DNA from: Candidatus Scatosoma sp.
Lineage (GTDB): Bacteria > Bacillota > Clostridia > Christensenellales > Borkfalkiaceae
Length of the DNA: 53,239 nt
NCBI GenBank assembly: GCA_045656625.1
Contig: JAZORL010000185.1
Coordinates: 1-53,239, forward strand
Direction of reading: 5' to 3'
Part shown: positions 19,746-27,260 of the stretch, piece by piece
Layout: every line of letters starts with the position of its first letter
Position numbering within the stretch: the first letter of the stretch is position 1
Position numbers and translations under genes: made by a program
Notes under the pieces: generated by a model
The model's input: the letters and a program-made list of their open reading frames with translations, nothing else
The model's database searches: none
Told to the model about the DNA's origin: nothing

Positions 19746-20418
19746 GGCGGTTTTATTTGCGGCTGGGGACGCTGTTCCCATCGATTTATTGCGTGAAAAA
19801 TTGGATATTACCAAGCGTGAAGTGGACGATGCGATTCGTAAGTTAGAAAAGAAATATACGGGAGATTGCGGCATTCGTTTGTTGCATTTTAATCATAAAT
19901 TACAGCTTGCAACCAATCCCGAATATAAAGAGCTTGTAGCATCGGCAATTATGCCCATTCGTGAAAAGGAATTCACGAAAACCATTTTGGAATGCGCGGC
20001 GATTATTGCGTATAAACAGCCGATTACGAGAAGGGAGCTTGAAAATATTCGAGGTACAAGCAGTGATTACGCAATCACCACGCTTTTGAGCTTGGAAATG
20101 ATCGAACCTTGCGGCAGAAAGGATACTCCTGGTAATCCCATTCAGTTCGCAACGACGGATAATTTCTTGAAGCGTTTTAAGCTGAAATCGCTCACGGAAT
20201 TGCCTGATTACGACGATCTTATGAAGAAAATCGCGGAAATCACCTCGATGGAAGAAGCTACGAGTAATTATCTCTATGAAAAGGACGTATATGATCCTGA
20301 ATCAGATGCTGATTTACAAGAAACACCTGAAAATGCAGAACTGCAAAAAGCGGCAGAGGACGGCTTTGCAATCCCTGACTATTTGAAGGACGCGGAAGAC
20401 GTTTTCAAAATCGAATAA
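19711..20418 (+). CDS. scpB: Segregation and condensation protein B (with acidic C-terminal extension)
   Basis: IIEAVLFAAGD start and ITRRELENIRG winged-helix motif. It overlaps scpA by 35 nt and carries a roughly 45-aa acidic tail. Confidence 0.88.
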   Translation: MKTLEKLTNIIEAVLFAAGDAVPIDLLREKLDITKREVDDAIRKLEKKYTGDCGIRLLHFNHKLQLATNPEYKELVASAIMPIREKEFTKTILECAAIIAYKQPITRRELENIRGTSSDYAITTLLSLEMIEPCGRKDTPGNPIQFATTDNFLKRFKLKSLTELPDYDDLMKKIAEITSMEEATSNYLYEKDVYDPESDADLQETPENAELQKAAEDGFAIPDYLKDAEDVFKIE

Positions 20419-20443
20419 AGTAAGAAAAATACATATTTTTCCG

Positions 20444-20484
20444 CAGCTTGCCCATATTGAAGGTATGGGCAAGCTGTTTTTTTT
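20444..20484 (+). terminator. Strong intrinsic terminator after scpB, overlapping the next start codon
   Basis: cagcttgcccata-ttgaagg-tatgggcaagctg forms a perfect 13-bp stem followed by T8. The ATG of the next ORF (20465) lies in the 3' arm. Confidence 0.8.
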
Positions 20485-21016
20485 CGTCCTAATTTTATTG
20501 ATTGTATGTGCGATTTTATTTTTTCCGATTTATGCAGAAACAAACGCGCATTATGATATGAATAGACGGAAATTGGCGCTTGGCATATATCTATATAAAT
20601 TTTTACGGATTTTTGGCGGTTATCTGGCTACTTATAGCGGCGGAATGGCGTTTCACGTTAGCAAAAAAAAGGCGATAATTATCCCATATTCTCAAGTCAA
20701 TAAAGAGCGTAAACGTTTTTCCGTTTTTCGCACGTTTCACTTAAAATCCGTATATTTAACAATCGAAACAGGCGCAGAATATCTTTTGGCGATGGCAACA
20801 ATACAAAAAGTTTTGGAAACGTATTTTACTATCAAAAACACTCGCGCTGGACTCTATTATGGCGTTTTATGGCTAAATCATGGGGATTTTTTGCGAATAT
20901 CTCTACAATTTACGGTGTATTTTAATCTGTTTATTTTATTGCGCTTTGCTTACAAGCTTTTGAAGGAGAAAATCAAACGATTATGTCGGAAAAAAATGAA
21001 AAACTCAACAATTTAA
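20465..21016 (+). CDS. YtfI-like (DUF2953-type) sporulation membrane protein
   Basis: N-terminal TM helix. It sits directly upstream of and overlaps a ytfJ/gerW-like gene, as in the B. subtilis ytfI-ytfJ pair. No motif-level proof. Confidence 0.5.
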   Translation: MGKLFFFVLILLIVCAILFFPIYAETNAHYDMNRRKLALGIYLYKFLRIFGGYLATYSGGMAFHVSKKKAIIIPYSQVNKERKRFSVFRTFHLKSVYLTIETGAEYLLAMATIQKVLETYFTIKNTRAGLYYGVLWLNHGDFLRISLQFTVYFNLFILLRFAYKLLKEKIKRLCRKKMKNSTI

Positions 21017-21363
21017 TGGAACTTTCTACGGAAAAAATGGGGTTAATGGCGGATGCGGACATTGTTGTGGGGAAACCGATTACAACGGCAAGCGGTTTTC
21101 AAGTGATTCCATTTTCAAAAGTGACGCTTGGAAGCGTGACGGGAGGCGGTGAATACGGAAAAGCAAAGCAGGTAAAGCAAATGGGTGAAATACCCTTTGC
21201 GGGCGGTAGCAGTGCGGCTATTAGTATGAAACCAATGGGGTTTATCATTGACGATGGTACTTCGTGTCGCATACTACGTATTGCTGATGCGCCGTTGGAT
21301 AATTTGATTGAACGACTTGGAGAGATTTTACAAGATGCATTCCCCAAAAAAGATGAAGAATAA
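20983..21363 (+). CDS. ytfJ: GerW/YtfJ-family sporulation protein
   Basis: IVVGKPITTASGFQVIPFSKV ... GGGEYG ... core typical of the YtfJ/GerW family. Confidence 0.8.
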   Translation: MSEKNEKLNNLMELSTEKMGLMADADIVVGKPITTASGFQVIPFSKVTLGSVTGGGEYGKAKQVKQMGEIPFAGGSSAAISMKPMGFIIDDGTSCRILRIADAPLDNLIERLGEILQDAFPKKDEE

Positions 21364-22363
21364 GCGTATTTTTGCGGTACTTTTTCTTTTTACGGGATTG
21401 TTTTTTTCGTTTAGACCGCAAATTGCGGCAAAAGCGGAAAAGGTGTTGACATCGGCAGCGGAATGCGTTATGGAAAGAAGAAGTCGGCGTATTTTATACG
21501 AATGGCATGGAGATATGCGTTTGCCAATGGCGAGTACAACCAAAATTGCAACGGCAATCACCGCGTTAGAAGAAAGCCCTAACATAAAAGAAACCTTTGA
21601 AATTCCAAGCGAAGCGGTCGGTGTTGAAGGTTCGTCGGTATATTTGAAGATCGGGGAAACGTATTCGGTGGAAGATTTGCTTTATGGGCTTATGTTGCGA
21701 TCGGGAAACGATTGCGCGGAAGCTTTGGCTTATCGATTTGGAGGGAGTATAGACCGTTTTGCCGCAAAAATGAATCAAACGGGGCAAAAGGCAGGTGCAA
21801 TGCACACGAATTTTCGCAATCCACACGGTTTGCCCTGCGACGGACATTATACCACGGCGCGAGATTTATCCTTGATTACGGCGTACGCATTAGAAAATCC
21901 AATCTTTCGTGAGATTGTTGCAACGAAATATTACGAACCGAGGCATTGGAAAAATAAAAATAAAATGCTTTTTCAGTATGACGGTGCAATCGGCGTAAAG
22001 ACTGGTTATACAAAGGAAGCAGGGCGTTGTTTGGTTTCCGCCGCAACAAAGAATGGCATGGAGCTTGTTTGTACGGTGTTAAATAGTCCGCAAATGTATG
22101 AAAGGTCTACGGAGTTATTGAACGACGCATTCGAGGCTTACTCGTATGAAAAAATTATCGACGAAAAGCAAATATTTACCATTCAAGGGCAAGAATGCTG
22201 TGCCTGTCAAAACGTGTATTATCCGCTAATGCAAGGGGAGATGGATGCGATAGAAATATTGATTGTTCCCGTAAATTCGTCCAAAAAAAGAGAAATTATC
22301 GGTCAAATTCAAATAAGCCTTGCGAAACGGTTGATTTTTTCGGGGAATTTATATAAACTATAA
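21353..22363 (+). CDS. D-alanyl-D-alanine carboxypeptidase (DacB-like, S11)
   Basis: Signal peptide and the motifs STTK (SxxK), SGN and KTGYT. ATG 21353 (or 21335) is preferred over track start 21308, which overlaps ytfJ deeply. Confidence 0.85.
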   Translation: MKNKRIFAVLFLFTGLFFSFRPQIAAKAEKVLTSAAECVMERRSRRILYEWHGDMRLPMASTTKIATAITALEESPNIKETFEIPSEAVGVEGSSVYLKIGETYSVEDLLYGLMLRSGNDCAEALAYRFGGSIDRFAAKMNQTGQKAGAMHTNFRNPHGLPCDGHYTTARDLSLITAYALENPIFREIVATKYYEPRHWKNKNKMLFQYDGAIGVKTGYTKEAGRCLVSAATKNGMELVCTVLNSPQMYERSTELLNDAFEAYSYEKIIDEKQIFTIQGQECCACQNVYYPLMQGEMDAIEILIVPVNSSKKREIIGQIQISLAKRLIFSGNLYKL

Positions 22364-22390
22364 GGGAAAAAGCACAAAAGAAGGGAATTT

Positions 22391-23095
22391 ATGAGAATTA
22401 ATAAATTTTTAGCGGATAAAGGTGTGGCAAGTAGACGTCACGCAGACTCGATGATTGAAGCTGGCCGCGTGACCATTAACGGCGTTGTCGCAACCCTTGG
22501 CGTAAGCGTGGAAGAAGGCGACGTTGTAACGGTTGACGGCCAAATTTTATCGGTGGCAGAAAAAAAAGACGAGTATTATATTATGAACAAGCCGAAAGGG
22601 GTTGTTTGTACCGTTTCGGACGATCGTGGAAGAAAGACGGTTATGGATCTTTTGCCCGAGGGGGTTGGAAGAGTCTTTCCTGTTGGCAGACTTGACTACG
22701 CAACGGAAGGCTTATTAATTTTGACCAACGATGGGGATTTGGCATTCCGTTTAACCCATCCCACGACGGAAATTCCCAAAACGTATATGGCGAGAATCGA
22801 AGGTACGCTGACGGAAAAGGATTTGAATCCCATTCGTTCGGGCGTAGAGCTGGACGGCATTTTGACGAAAAAATGCAAAGCGCATATTGTCGAAACGAAC
22901 AAGGCCTACACGAAGGTGCATATCACCATTACTGAAGGACGAAACCGCCAAGTGCGCCGTATGTTTGAATCGATTGGGAAAAACGTGGAATTTTTGAAAC
23001 GTGTGAGCATCGGTCAATTAAAGCTTACGGGCTTGGATAGAGGTCAAATGCGACCGCTGACCGAGCAAGAAATTGCTTATTTGAAAGGACTTTAA
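22391..23095 (+). CDS. rluB: rRNA pseudouridine synthase (RsuA/RluB family, S4 domain)
   Basis: MRINKFLADKGVASRR S4 N-terminus, catalytic GRLDYATEGLL, and EGRNRQVRRM. Confidence 0.9.
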   Translation: MRINKFLADKGVASRRHADSMIEAGRVTINGVVATLGVSVEEGDVVTVDGQILSVAEKKDEYYIMNKPKGVVCTVSDDRGRKTVMDLLPEGVGRVFPVGRLDYATEGLLILTNDGDLAFRLTHPTTEIPKTYMARIEGTLTEKDLNPIRSGVELDGILTKKCKAHIVETNKAYTKVHITITEGRNRQVRRMFESIGKNVEFLKRVSIGQLKLTGLDRGQMRPLTEQEIAYLKGL

Positions 23096-23100
23096 TAATG

Positions 23101-23138
23101 AAAAACGCTCAAAAGTGAAAAACTTTTGAGCGTTTTTC
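23101..23138 (+). terminator. Rho-independent terminator after rluB
   Basis: acgctcaaaag-tgaaaaa-cttttgagcgt forms an 11-bp stem followed by ttttt. Confidence 0.85.
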
Positions 23139-23168
23139 ATATTCTACACATAAATTTTTCAAAAACCC

Positions 23169-23197
23169 TTGACCAAAACGAAGGTACATATTATAAT
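23169..23197 (+). promoter_or_regulatory. Sigma-A-type promoter
   Basis: TTGACC-17 nt-TATAAT, located 39 nt upstream of the ATG at 23236. Confidence 0.55.
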
Positions 23198-23211
23198 ATA
23201 GATAAGTAGAA

Positions 23212-23230
23212 AAAAGGTCGTAGGAGAAAT
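23212..23230 (+). repeat. 19-nt direct repeat, copy 1 (aaaaggtcgtaggagaaat)
   Basis: Identical 19-mer recurs at 23620-23638. Here its AGGAG serves as the RBS of the 23236 ORF. Confidence 0.8.
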
Positions 23231-23235
23231 ATTTA

Positions 23236-23613
23236 ATGATTGAGAATCGGAAAAAAGTTTTATATAGCGTAGTTATTGTTTTGTTGAATGTGACGCTTGC
23301 TTTATTTACGGCATTAAATATAATCTTAAATATAATCAATTGGGATTCGATGACGGATATATATTTCTTTCTTTTTTCTAAATGTTTCTGGCTTTTATCA
23401 TTTGTCACTTTGCTTTTTCATATTCCTAAGTTGTTTAATTGGCTTTATCCAAAGCTAGCTTCATTGGTTAACAATGCAAGACCTGAATTTTTTTCAACTT
23501 CTTCTCAATATCACGCATTACCAAAAAATAAAGTGTATAAAAATTTAAAATGCGCTACCATAATATTGTTGCTTATTTCGATAGTGATTGAACTAATATT
23601 ATTTTTAATTTAA
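23236..23613 (+). CDS. Hypothetical small membrane protein (about 3 TM), very AT-rich
   Basis: It has an RBS and a consensus promoter, and hydrophobic segments are visible. I recognise no family. Base composition is much more AT-rich than the neighbours. Confidence 0.5.
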   Translation: MIENRKKVLYSVVIVLLNVTLALFTALNIILNIINWDSMTDIYFFLFSKCFWLLSFVTLLFHIPKLFNWLYPKLASLVNNARPEFFSTSSQYHALPKNKVYKNLKCATIILLLISIVIELILFLI

Positions 23614-23619
23614 TACAAC

Positions 23620-23651
23620 AAAAGGTCGTAGGAGAAATCCTGCGACCTTTT
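23620..23651 (+). terminator. Hairpin containing 19-nt direct repeat copy 2
   Basis: aaaggtcgtagga-gaaa-tcctgcgaccttt forms a 13-bp stem (one G-U) with a GNRA-like loop and a short T run. Confidence 0.5.
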
Positions 23652-23668
23652 GCCATAATCCAAAACGC

Positions 23669-23697
23669 TTGACAAAACCCATGTTTTTGTGTATGAT
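23669..23697 (+). promoter_or_regulatory. Sigma-A-type promoter with no obvious gene
   Basis: TTGACA-17 nt-TATGAT preceded by tgtg. Only about 45 nt separate it from the hairpin at 23747-23770. Confidence 0.4.
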
Positions 23698-23741
23698 AAT
23701 AATGGCAATATCGTTAAGAGAAGAGAGTTTGCGTTCACGTT

Positions 23742-23770
23742 AAAAAAGAGTTCTACAAGCGTAGAACTCT
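23742..23770 (-). terminator. lexA terminator
   Basis: agagttctac-aagc-gtagaactct forms a 10-bp stem. On the minus strand it is followed by T6, 26 nt after the lexA stop. Confidence 0.75.
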
Positions 23771-23795
23771 TTCAATTTCTTAAATTAATATGAGA

Positions 23796-24392
23796 TTATG
23801 ATCTATAATTTCGCATCAAGCCAACGACTTTCCCAAGAATGGAAACTTGTCCGTCTTCATAAATCATATCGGATAAGGATTCGTTTTCAGGGTGCAAAAT
23901 CACTTGCCCGTTGCGGCGATAAAAGCGTTTAACGGTTGCGGAATCTTCCACTAAAGCGACGACAATTTCGCCGTTTTCCGCAGTTTCTTGGCGGCGTACG
24001 ATGATTTTGTCGCCGTTCATAATGCCAGCGTCGATCATGGACGTACCGTCAACGCGAAGCATAAATAAGTCTTCGCCCTTAAATTCGCCCATAGGGAAGG
24101 TGTAATAATCTTCGTAGTTTTCATAAGCAAAGACGGGCTGACCTGCGGTGACTGTACCAATCAAAGGAATAGATATGCCAGAGCTTTTGCCGATAGTCAC
24201 CGAGCGCTTTTTGTTCGTTGCTTTATTCAAGTATCCACGCGTTTGCAATTTTTCCAAATAGCTATGCACGGTTGCGGTGGATTTAATGCCACATTCCTTG
24301 CCGATTTCTCGCACGGAAGGGGTGTACCCATTTTCTTCCGAGAACTTACGAATATAATCCATTACTCGGATCAATTTTTCTTCGCTGACCAT
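23796..24392 (-). CDS. lexA: LexA repressor (S24 autopeptidase)
   Basis: Winged-helix N-terminus (GYTPSVREIGKE), VTAGQP cleavage-site region, GTSMIDAGI (Ser) and IVRRQ (Lys). ATG 24392 follows GGGGG; the TTG at 24404 is less likely. Confidence 0.93.
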   Translation of the reverse strand: MVSEEKLIRVMDYIRKFSEENGYTPSVREIGKECGIKSTATVHSYLEKLQTRGYLNKATNKKRSVTIGKSSGISIPLIGTVTAGQPVFAYENYEDYYTFPMGEFKGEDLFMLRVDGTSMIDAGIMNGDKIIVRRQETAENGEIVVALVEDSATVKRFYRRNGQVILHPENESLSDMIYEDGQVSILGKVVGLMRNYRS

Positions 24393-24423
24393 AATAGCCC
24401 CCAATACAGATTAATCTACGTAC

Positions 24424-24452
24424 ATTATAACACGTATTTCTACAAAATGCAA
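24424..24452 (-). promoter_or_regulatory. lexA promoter (sigma-A type)
   Basis: Minus strand reads TTGCAT-17 nt-TATAAT. Confidence 0.5.
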
Positions 24453-24462
24453 ACAAATGTTT
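24451..24462. promoter_or_regulatory. Candidate degenerate SOS (Cheo-type) box
   Basis: AAAC-AAAT-GTTT palindrome compared with the Firmicute LexA box GAAC-N4-GTTC (one mismatch per arm). It overlaps the lexA -35. Confidence 0.3.
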
Positions 24463-24503
24463 AATATTTTTCCAAAATTTTTCATAAAAACGGAAAATTT
24501 ATC

Positions 24504-24531
24504 TTGATTTTTATGGAAAAACTGCTATAAT
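24504..24531 (+). promoter_or_regulatory. Sigma-A-type promoter of the Cys-rich small gene
   Basis: TTGATT-16 nt-TATAAT. Confidence 0.45.
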
Positions 24532-24560
24532 AGTATTATAAAGAAAGGAGCAATGAGATT

Positions 24561-24749
24561 ATGGAAAGAAAAATTGGTATGCCGTGCGTTTTATACGATC
24601 GTGAATGCGTCGGCTGTTTGGAGTGCGAAACGTGCGACCTTGATCCCAACAAGGTTTGCGATAATTGCGGCAAATGTATCGAAATGGACGACGTTGCATC
24701 GATTAAAATCGACAAAATCTACACCAATCCCGACGAATATAAGGATTAA
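24561..24749 (+). CDS. Small Cys-rich protein (62 aa), unknown function
   Basis: AAAGGAG lies 10 nt upstream. Eight Cys include CxxCxxCxxC (C16-C25) and CxxCxxC (C33-C39). No TM helix. Followed by a strong terminator. Confidence 0.6.
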   Translation: MERKIGMPCVLYDRECVGCLECETCDLDPNKVCDNCGKCIEMDDVASIKIDKIYTNPDEYKD

Positions 24750-24766
24750 AAATAGTTGAATAATAC

Positions 24767-24794
24767 AAAAGACGGGCGATTGCCCGTCTTTTTT
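24767..24794. terminator. Bidirectional terminator (Cys-rich gene / hflX)
   Basis: gacgggc-gatt-gcccgtc is flanked by an A run and a T6 run. Confidence 0.8.
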
Positions 24795-24805
24795 CGTATC
24801 ATTGA

Positions 24806-26059
24806 TTAAAAGTCTAATTTTTTCACAAGAAATTCGGTGAATTTTTCCGCATAGCGAGTGGGAATAACCGCATTGACGGTTAAACCATCGTCCGTGTAAT
24901 GCATGGAACGCTCCGTGAGTAAATTCTTAATACGGTTGTACTGATTAACGCTTATATAGGGAACGAACAGCTCGCAAAAAATAAAATCTTCACGAAATTG
25001 CTGCAAAATGGCGTGTTTTAACTCGTCAATCCCCAAATTTTCTTTCGCTGAAATGGCAATGCTTTCATAAGGAAAAGCCGATTGCTCACGAATATTCTCG
25101 CTTTTATTCATTACAACGAGATAAGGGGAGTTGAAACTCATTTCTTCAAGCGTTTCCAGCGTTGTTTTGAGTTGCATATCATATTCGCCCGTAGAATCGC
25201 ATACAATTAACGCTAAATCGCAGTTTAATGCGCTTTCCAAAGTAGATTTGAAGGCTTCAATGAGATTGTGAGGCAAGTCCTGTAAAAAACCTACGGTGTC
25301 AACAAGTAAAAACTCTACGCCATCAATTTTGAAGCTTCTTGCCGTTGGGTCAAGCGTTGCAAAAAGCTCGTTTTTGACGTATACGTTCGATTCGGTCAAT
25401 AGATTCATCAAAGTGGACTTACCCGTATTCGTATAACCAACAAGAGCAATGGTTTTTACGTCCGTTTTCTTGCGTCGAACTGTCTGCAAGGCACGCCGTT
25501 TTTCCGTTTCTTTGAGCCGTTTTTCAAGATAATTCAAGCGACCGCGGATATATCTTCGGTCGGTTTCCAACTGCGTTTCCCCAGGCCCGCGCGTACCGAC
25601 GCCACCGCCCAAACGAGATAGTGCGCCGCCTTTGCCTTTCAAACGAGGGTAAAGATATTTTAATTGCGCCAATTCGACTTGAAGCTTACCTTCGCTTGAC
25701 TGTGCGTTTTTCGCAAAAATATCCAAAATAAGGGTCGTGCGGTCAATCACTTTGCGATCGTCCAATACAGCGGAAATATTGAGAGTTTGGGAAGGGGAAA
25801 GCTCACCGTTAAAAAGGATCGTCACGTCCTCTAAACCGCTTAAAAGCTCGCGAATTTCCAAAAGTTTCCCCGAACCGAAAAAGGTTGCGGCGTTGATTTC
25901 ACGGATATTTTGATAGGTCGTACCGCAATAGAGCGCGCCTGCACTTTCAATAAGGGAAACGGCTTCTTCCTGTAAAACCTTATATTTATCCGCGTTCTCA
26001 TGCGTTATGGGCTGTAAAATATAGATTTTTTCAATAGTTGTATCAATTGTTTCGTGCAT
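24806..26059 (-). CDS. hflX: GTPase HflX
   Basis: HflX N-terminal domain, G1 GYTNTGKSTLMN and G3 DTVGF. 417 aa. Confidence 0.92.
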   Translation of the reverse strand: MHETIDTTIEKIYILQPITHENADKYKVLQEEAVSLIESAGALYCGTTYQNIREINAATFFGSGKLLEIRELLSGLEDVTILFNGELSPSQTLNISAVLDDRKVIDRTTLILDIFAKNAQSSEGKLQVELAQLKYLYPRLKGKGGALSRLGGGVGTRGPGETQLETDRRYIRGRLNYLEKRLKETEKRRALQTVRRKKTDVKTIALVGYTNTGKSTLMNLLTESNVYVKNELFATLDPTARSFKIDGVEFLLVDTVGFLQDLPHNLIEAFKSTLESALNCDLALIVCDSTGEYDMQLKTTLETLEEMSFNSPYLVVMNKSENIREQSAFPYESIAISAKENLGIDELKHAILQQFREDFIFCELFVPYISVNQYNRIKNLLTERSMHYTDDGLTVNAVIPTRYAEKFTEFLVKKLDF

Positions 26060-27132
26060 TATTCGTTATTATCTTCGTTTTGGTTGTCGTTTTCTTGGCG
26101 CAACTTCACTGCGCTTGCAACTCTTCTACGGTTTTCTTGCGTAATAGCCGCATAGTGCTTTTTGGTCGTATTGACGTCACGATGTCCTAAAACGTCCGCA
26201 ACGATATAAATATCGCCAGTGGAGTTGTATAAACGTGTACCGTACGTACTACGAAGTTTATGCGGTGTGATTTTTTTTAAAGGGGAAACAAGTTTGCTGT
26301 ACTTTTTCACCAAAATCTCAACGGTACGTACGTTGATGCGCTTATATTGCATCGACAAGAAGAACGCTTCTTCTGTTTCAGGAACTTTCGGATCGTTTCG
26401 TTTTTCCGCAATATACTCTTGCAAAGCGTACTTGACTTCATCAGAAAAGAACAAAATCGCCTGATTTCCGCCTTTTCGTGTGACCAGGAAGGAGTTTTCT
26501 TCAAAATCAAAGCTATCATTATCCAACCCAACAAGCTCACTAATACGAATACCTGTGCCGAGGAATAGGGTAAGAATCGCAGTATCGCGAACTTTTGTCT
26601 TATTGTGATAACCTCCCGCATGAGGGGAAAGACCTTTTCCGCTTTCCGCAACGTTAATCAAATCGGATACTTCCTCCGCATCCAAACGAATAATTTCCTT
26701 CTCGTGGAGCTTGGGTGTGGGAACTTTTGCCGCATTATCCACTTGAATTAATCCTTTATTGAAGAAATACTTAAAAATCGCTCGAACCGCCGATAATTTG
26801 CGCGCTTTTGCACGCTCATCGCAGGATAAACGCTTGTCACGGAAGCGATAGTGGGATAAATAACTCAAAAAGAACTCGATATCATTATGCGAAACCGCCT
26901 CTAAATGCTGCAAGGTTAAGTCAAGTACGCCTAAATTCTTATACTTGCGCTGGCACAAGAAATCAAAGAAAATACGCAAATCGTACGCATATTTTAATCG
27001 AGTTTGCGAGCTCGTACGTGTTTCAATCCCTAAAAAATAATCTTCGCAAAAAGAGGGGAGTTCGTTCAAAAGCTCGGCAATCTTGTCTAAATCCGATATA
27101 TTACGTTTGACATAGTAGTTTTCGTTTTTCAT
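26059..27132 (-). CDS. Tyrosine recombinase, XerC/XerD-like
   Basis: SAM-like N-domain plus catalytic R (GTGIRISEL), HKLRSTYGT (HxxR) and LGHRDVNTTKKHY (H...Y). Its stop TAA shares one nt with the hflX ATG (TAATG). Confidence 0.85.
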   Translation of the reverse strand: MKNENYYVKRNISDLDKIAELLNELPSFCEDYFLGIETRTSSQTRLKYAYDLRIFFDFLCQRKYKNLGVLDLTLQHLEAVSHNDIEFFLSYLSHYRFRDKRLSCDERAKARKLSAVRAIFKYFFNKGLIQVDNAAKVPTPKLHEKEIIRLDAEEVSDLINVAESGKGLSPHAGGYHNKTKVRDTAILTLFLGTGIRISELVGLDNDSFDFEENSFLVTRKGGNQAILFFSDEVKYALQEYIAEKRNDPKVPETEEAFFLSMQYKRINVRTVEILVKKYSKLVSPLKKITPHKLRSTYGTRLYNSTGDIYIVADVLGHRDVNTTKKHYAAITQENRRRVASAVKLRQENDNQNEDNNE

Positions 27133-27138
27133 ACTTAT

Positions 27139-27167
27139 ATTCTACTGCATGAATAGGGAAAAGTCAA
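27139..27167 (-). promoter_or_regulatory. Sigma-A-type promoter abutting the recombinase start codon
   Basis: Minus strand reads TTGACT-17 nt-TAGAAT, then 6 nt, then the ATG. No Shine-Dalgarno sequence. Confidence 0.5.
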
Positions 27168-27227
27168 TAGTTTGATGAGATTTTCCGAAAAGTTAGAGCA
27201 AAATCTTTGTAAAAATAGGATAGAAAT

Positions 27228-27260
27228 AAGAAAGCGTTCGCAAAAATGCGAACGCTTTTG
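27228..27260 (-). terminator. Terminator of the glycogen operon
   Basis: gcgttcgca-aaaa-tgcgaacgc forms a 9-bp stem with U-rich flanks on both strands. Confidence 0.7.

Noticed and set aside
23659-23790. The open frame ...KTHVFVYDNNGNIVKRREFAFT... resembles a YD/RHS repeat unit (YDxxGN).
   Set aside because: It is a single unit with no start codon, and there are no flanking RHS-like repeats. A YDxxGN hit is roughly expected by chance across six frames of 53 kb. The same bases are better explained as a sigma-A promoter.
24553-24759. An alternative 68-aa ORF overlapping the Cys-rich gene in another frame.
   Set aside because: Its ATG lies only 2 nt after the AGGAG. The sequence looks like random basic/hydrophobic residues, whereas the 24561 frame has correct SD spacing and a structured Cys pattern.
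27108-27122. A 15-nt identity (tgacatagtagtttt) between the recombinase 5' coding region and the sequence right after the palindromic element at 15431-15445, which could hint at an attachment site.
   Set aside because: A few exact 15-mer coincidences are expected among all position pairs in a 53-kb AT-leaning window. Here it encodes NYYVK inside the gene, and there is no second matching boundary.
26059-27132. The tyrosine recombinase as a marker of a prophage or integrative element.
   Set aside because: No phage, conjugation or cargo genes are present, and there are no flanking repeats. It is embedded between hflX and the glycogen operon and translationally coupled to hflX.
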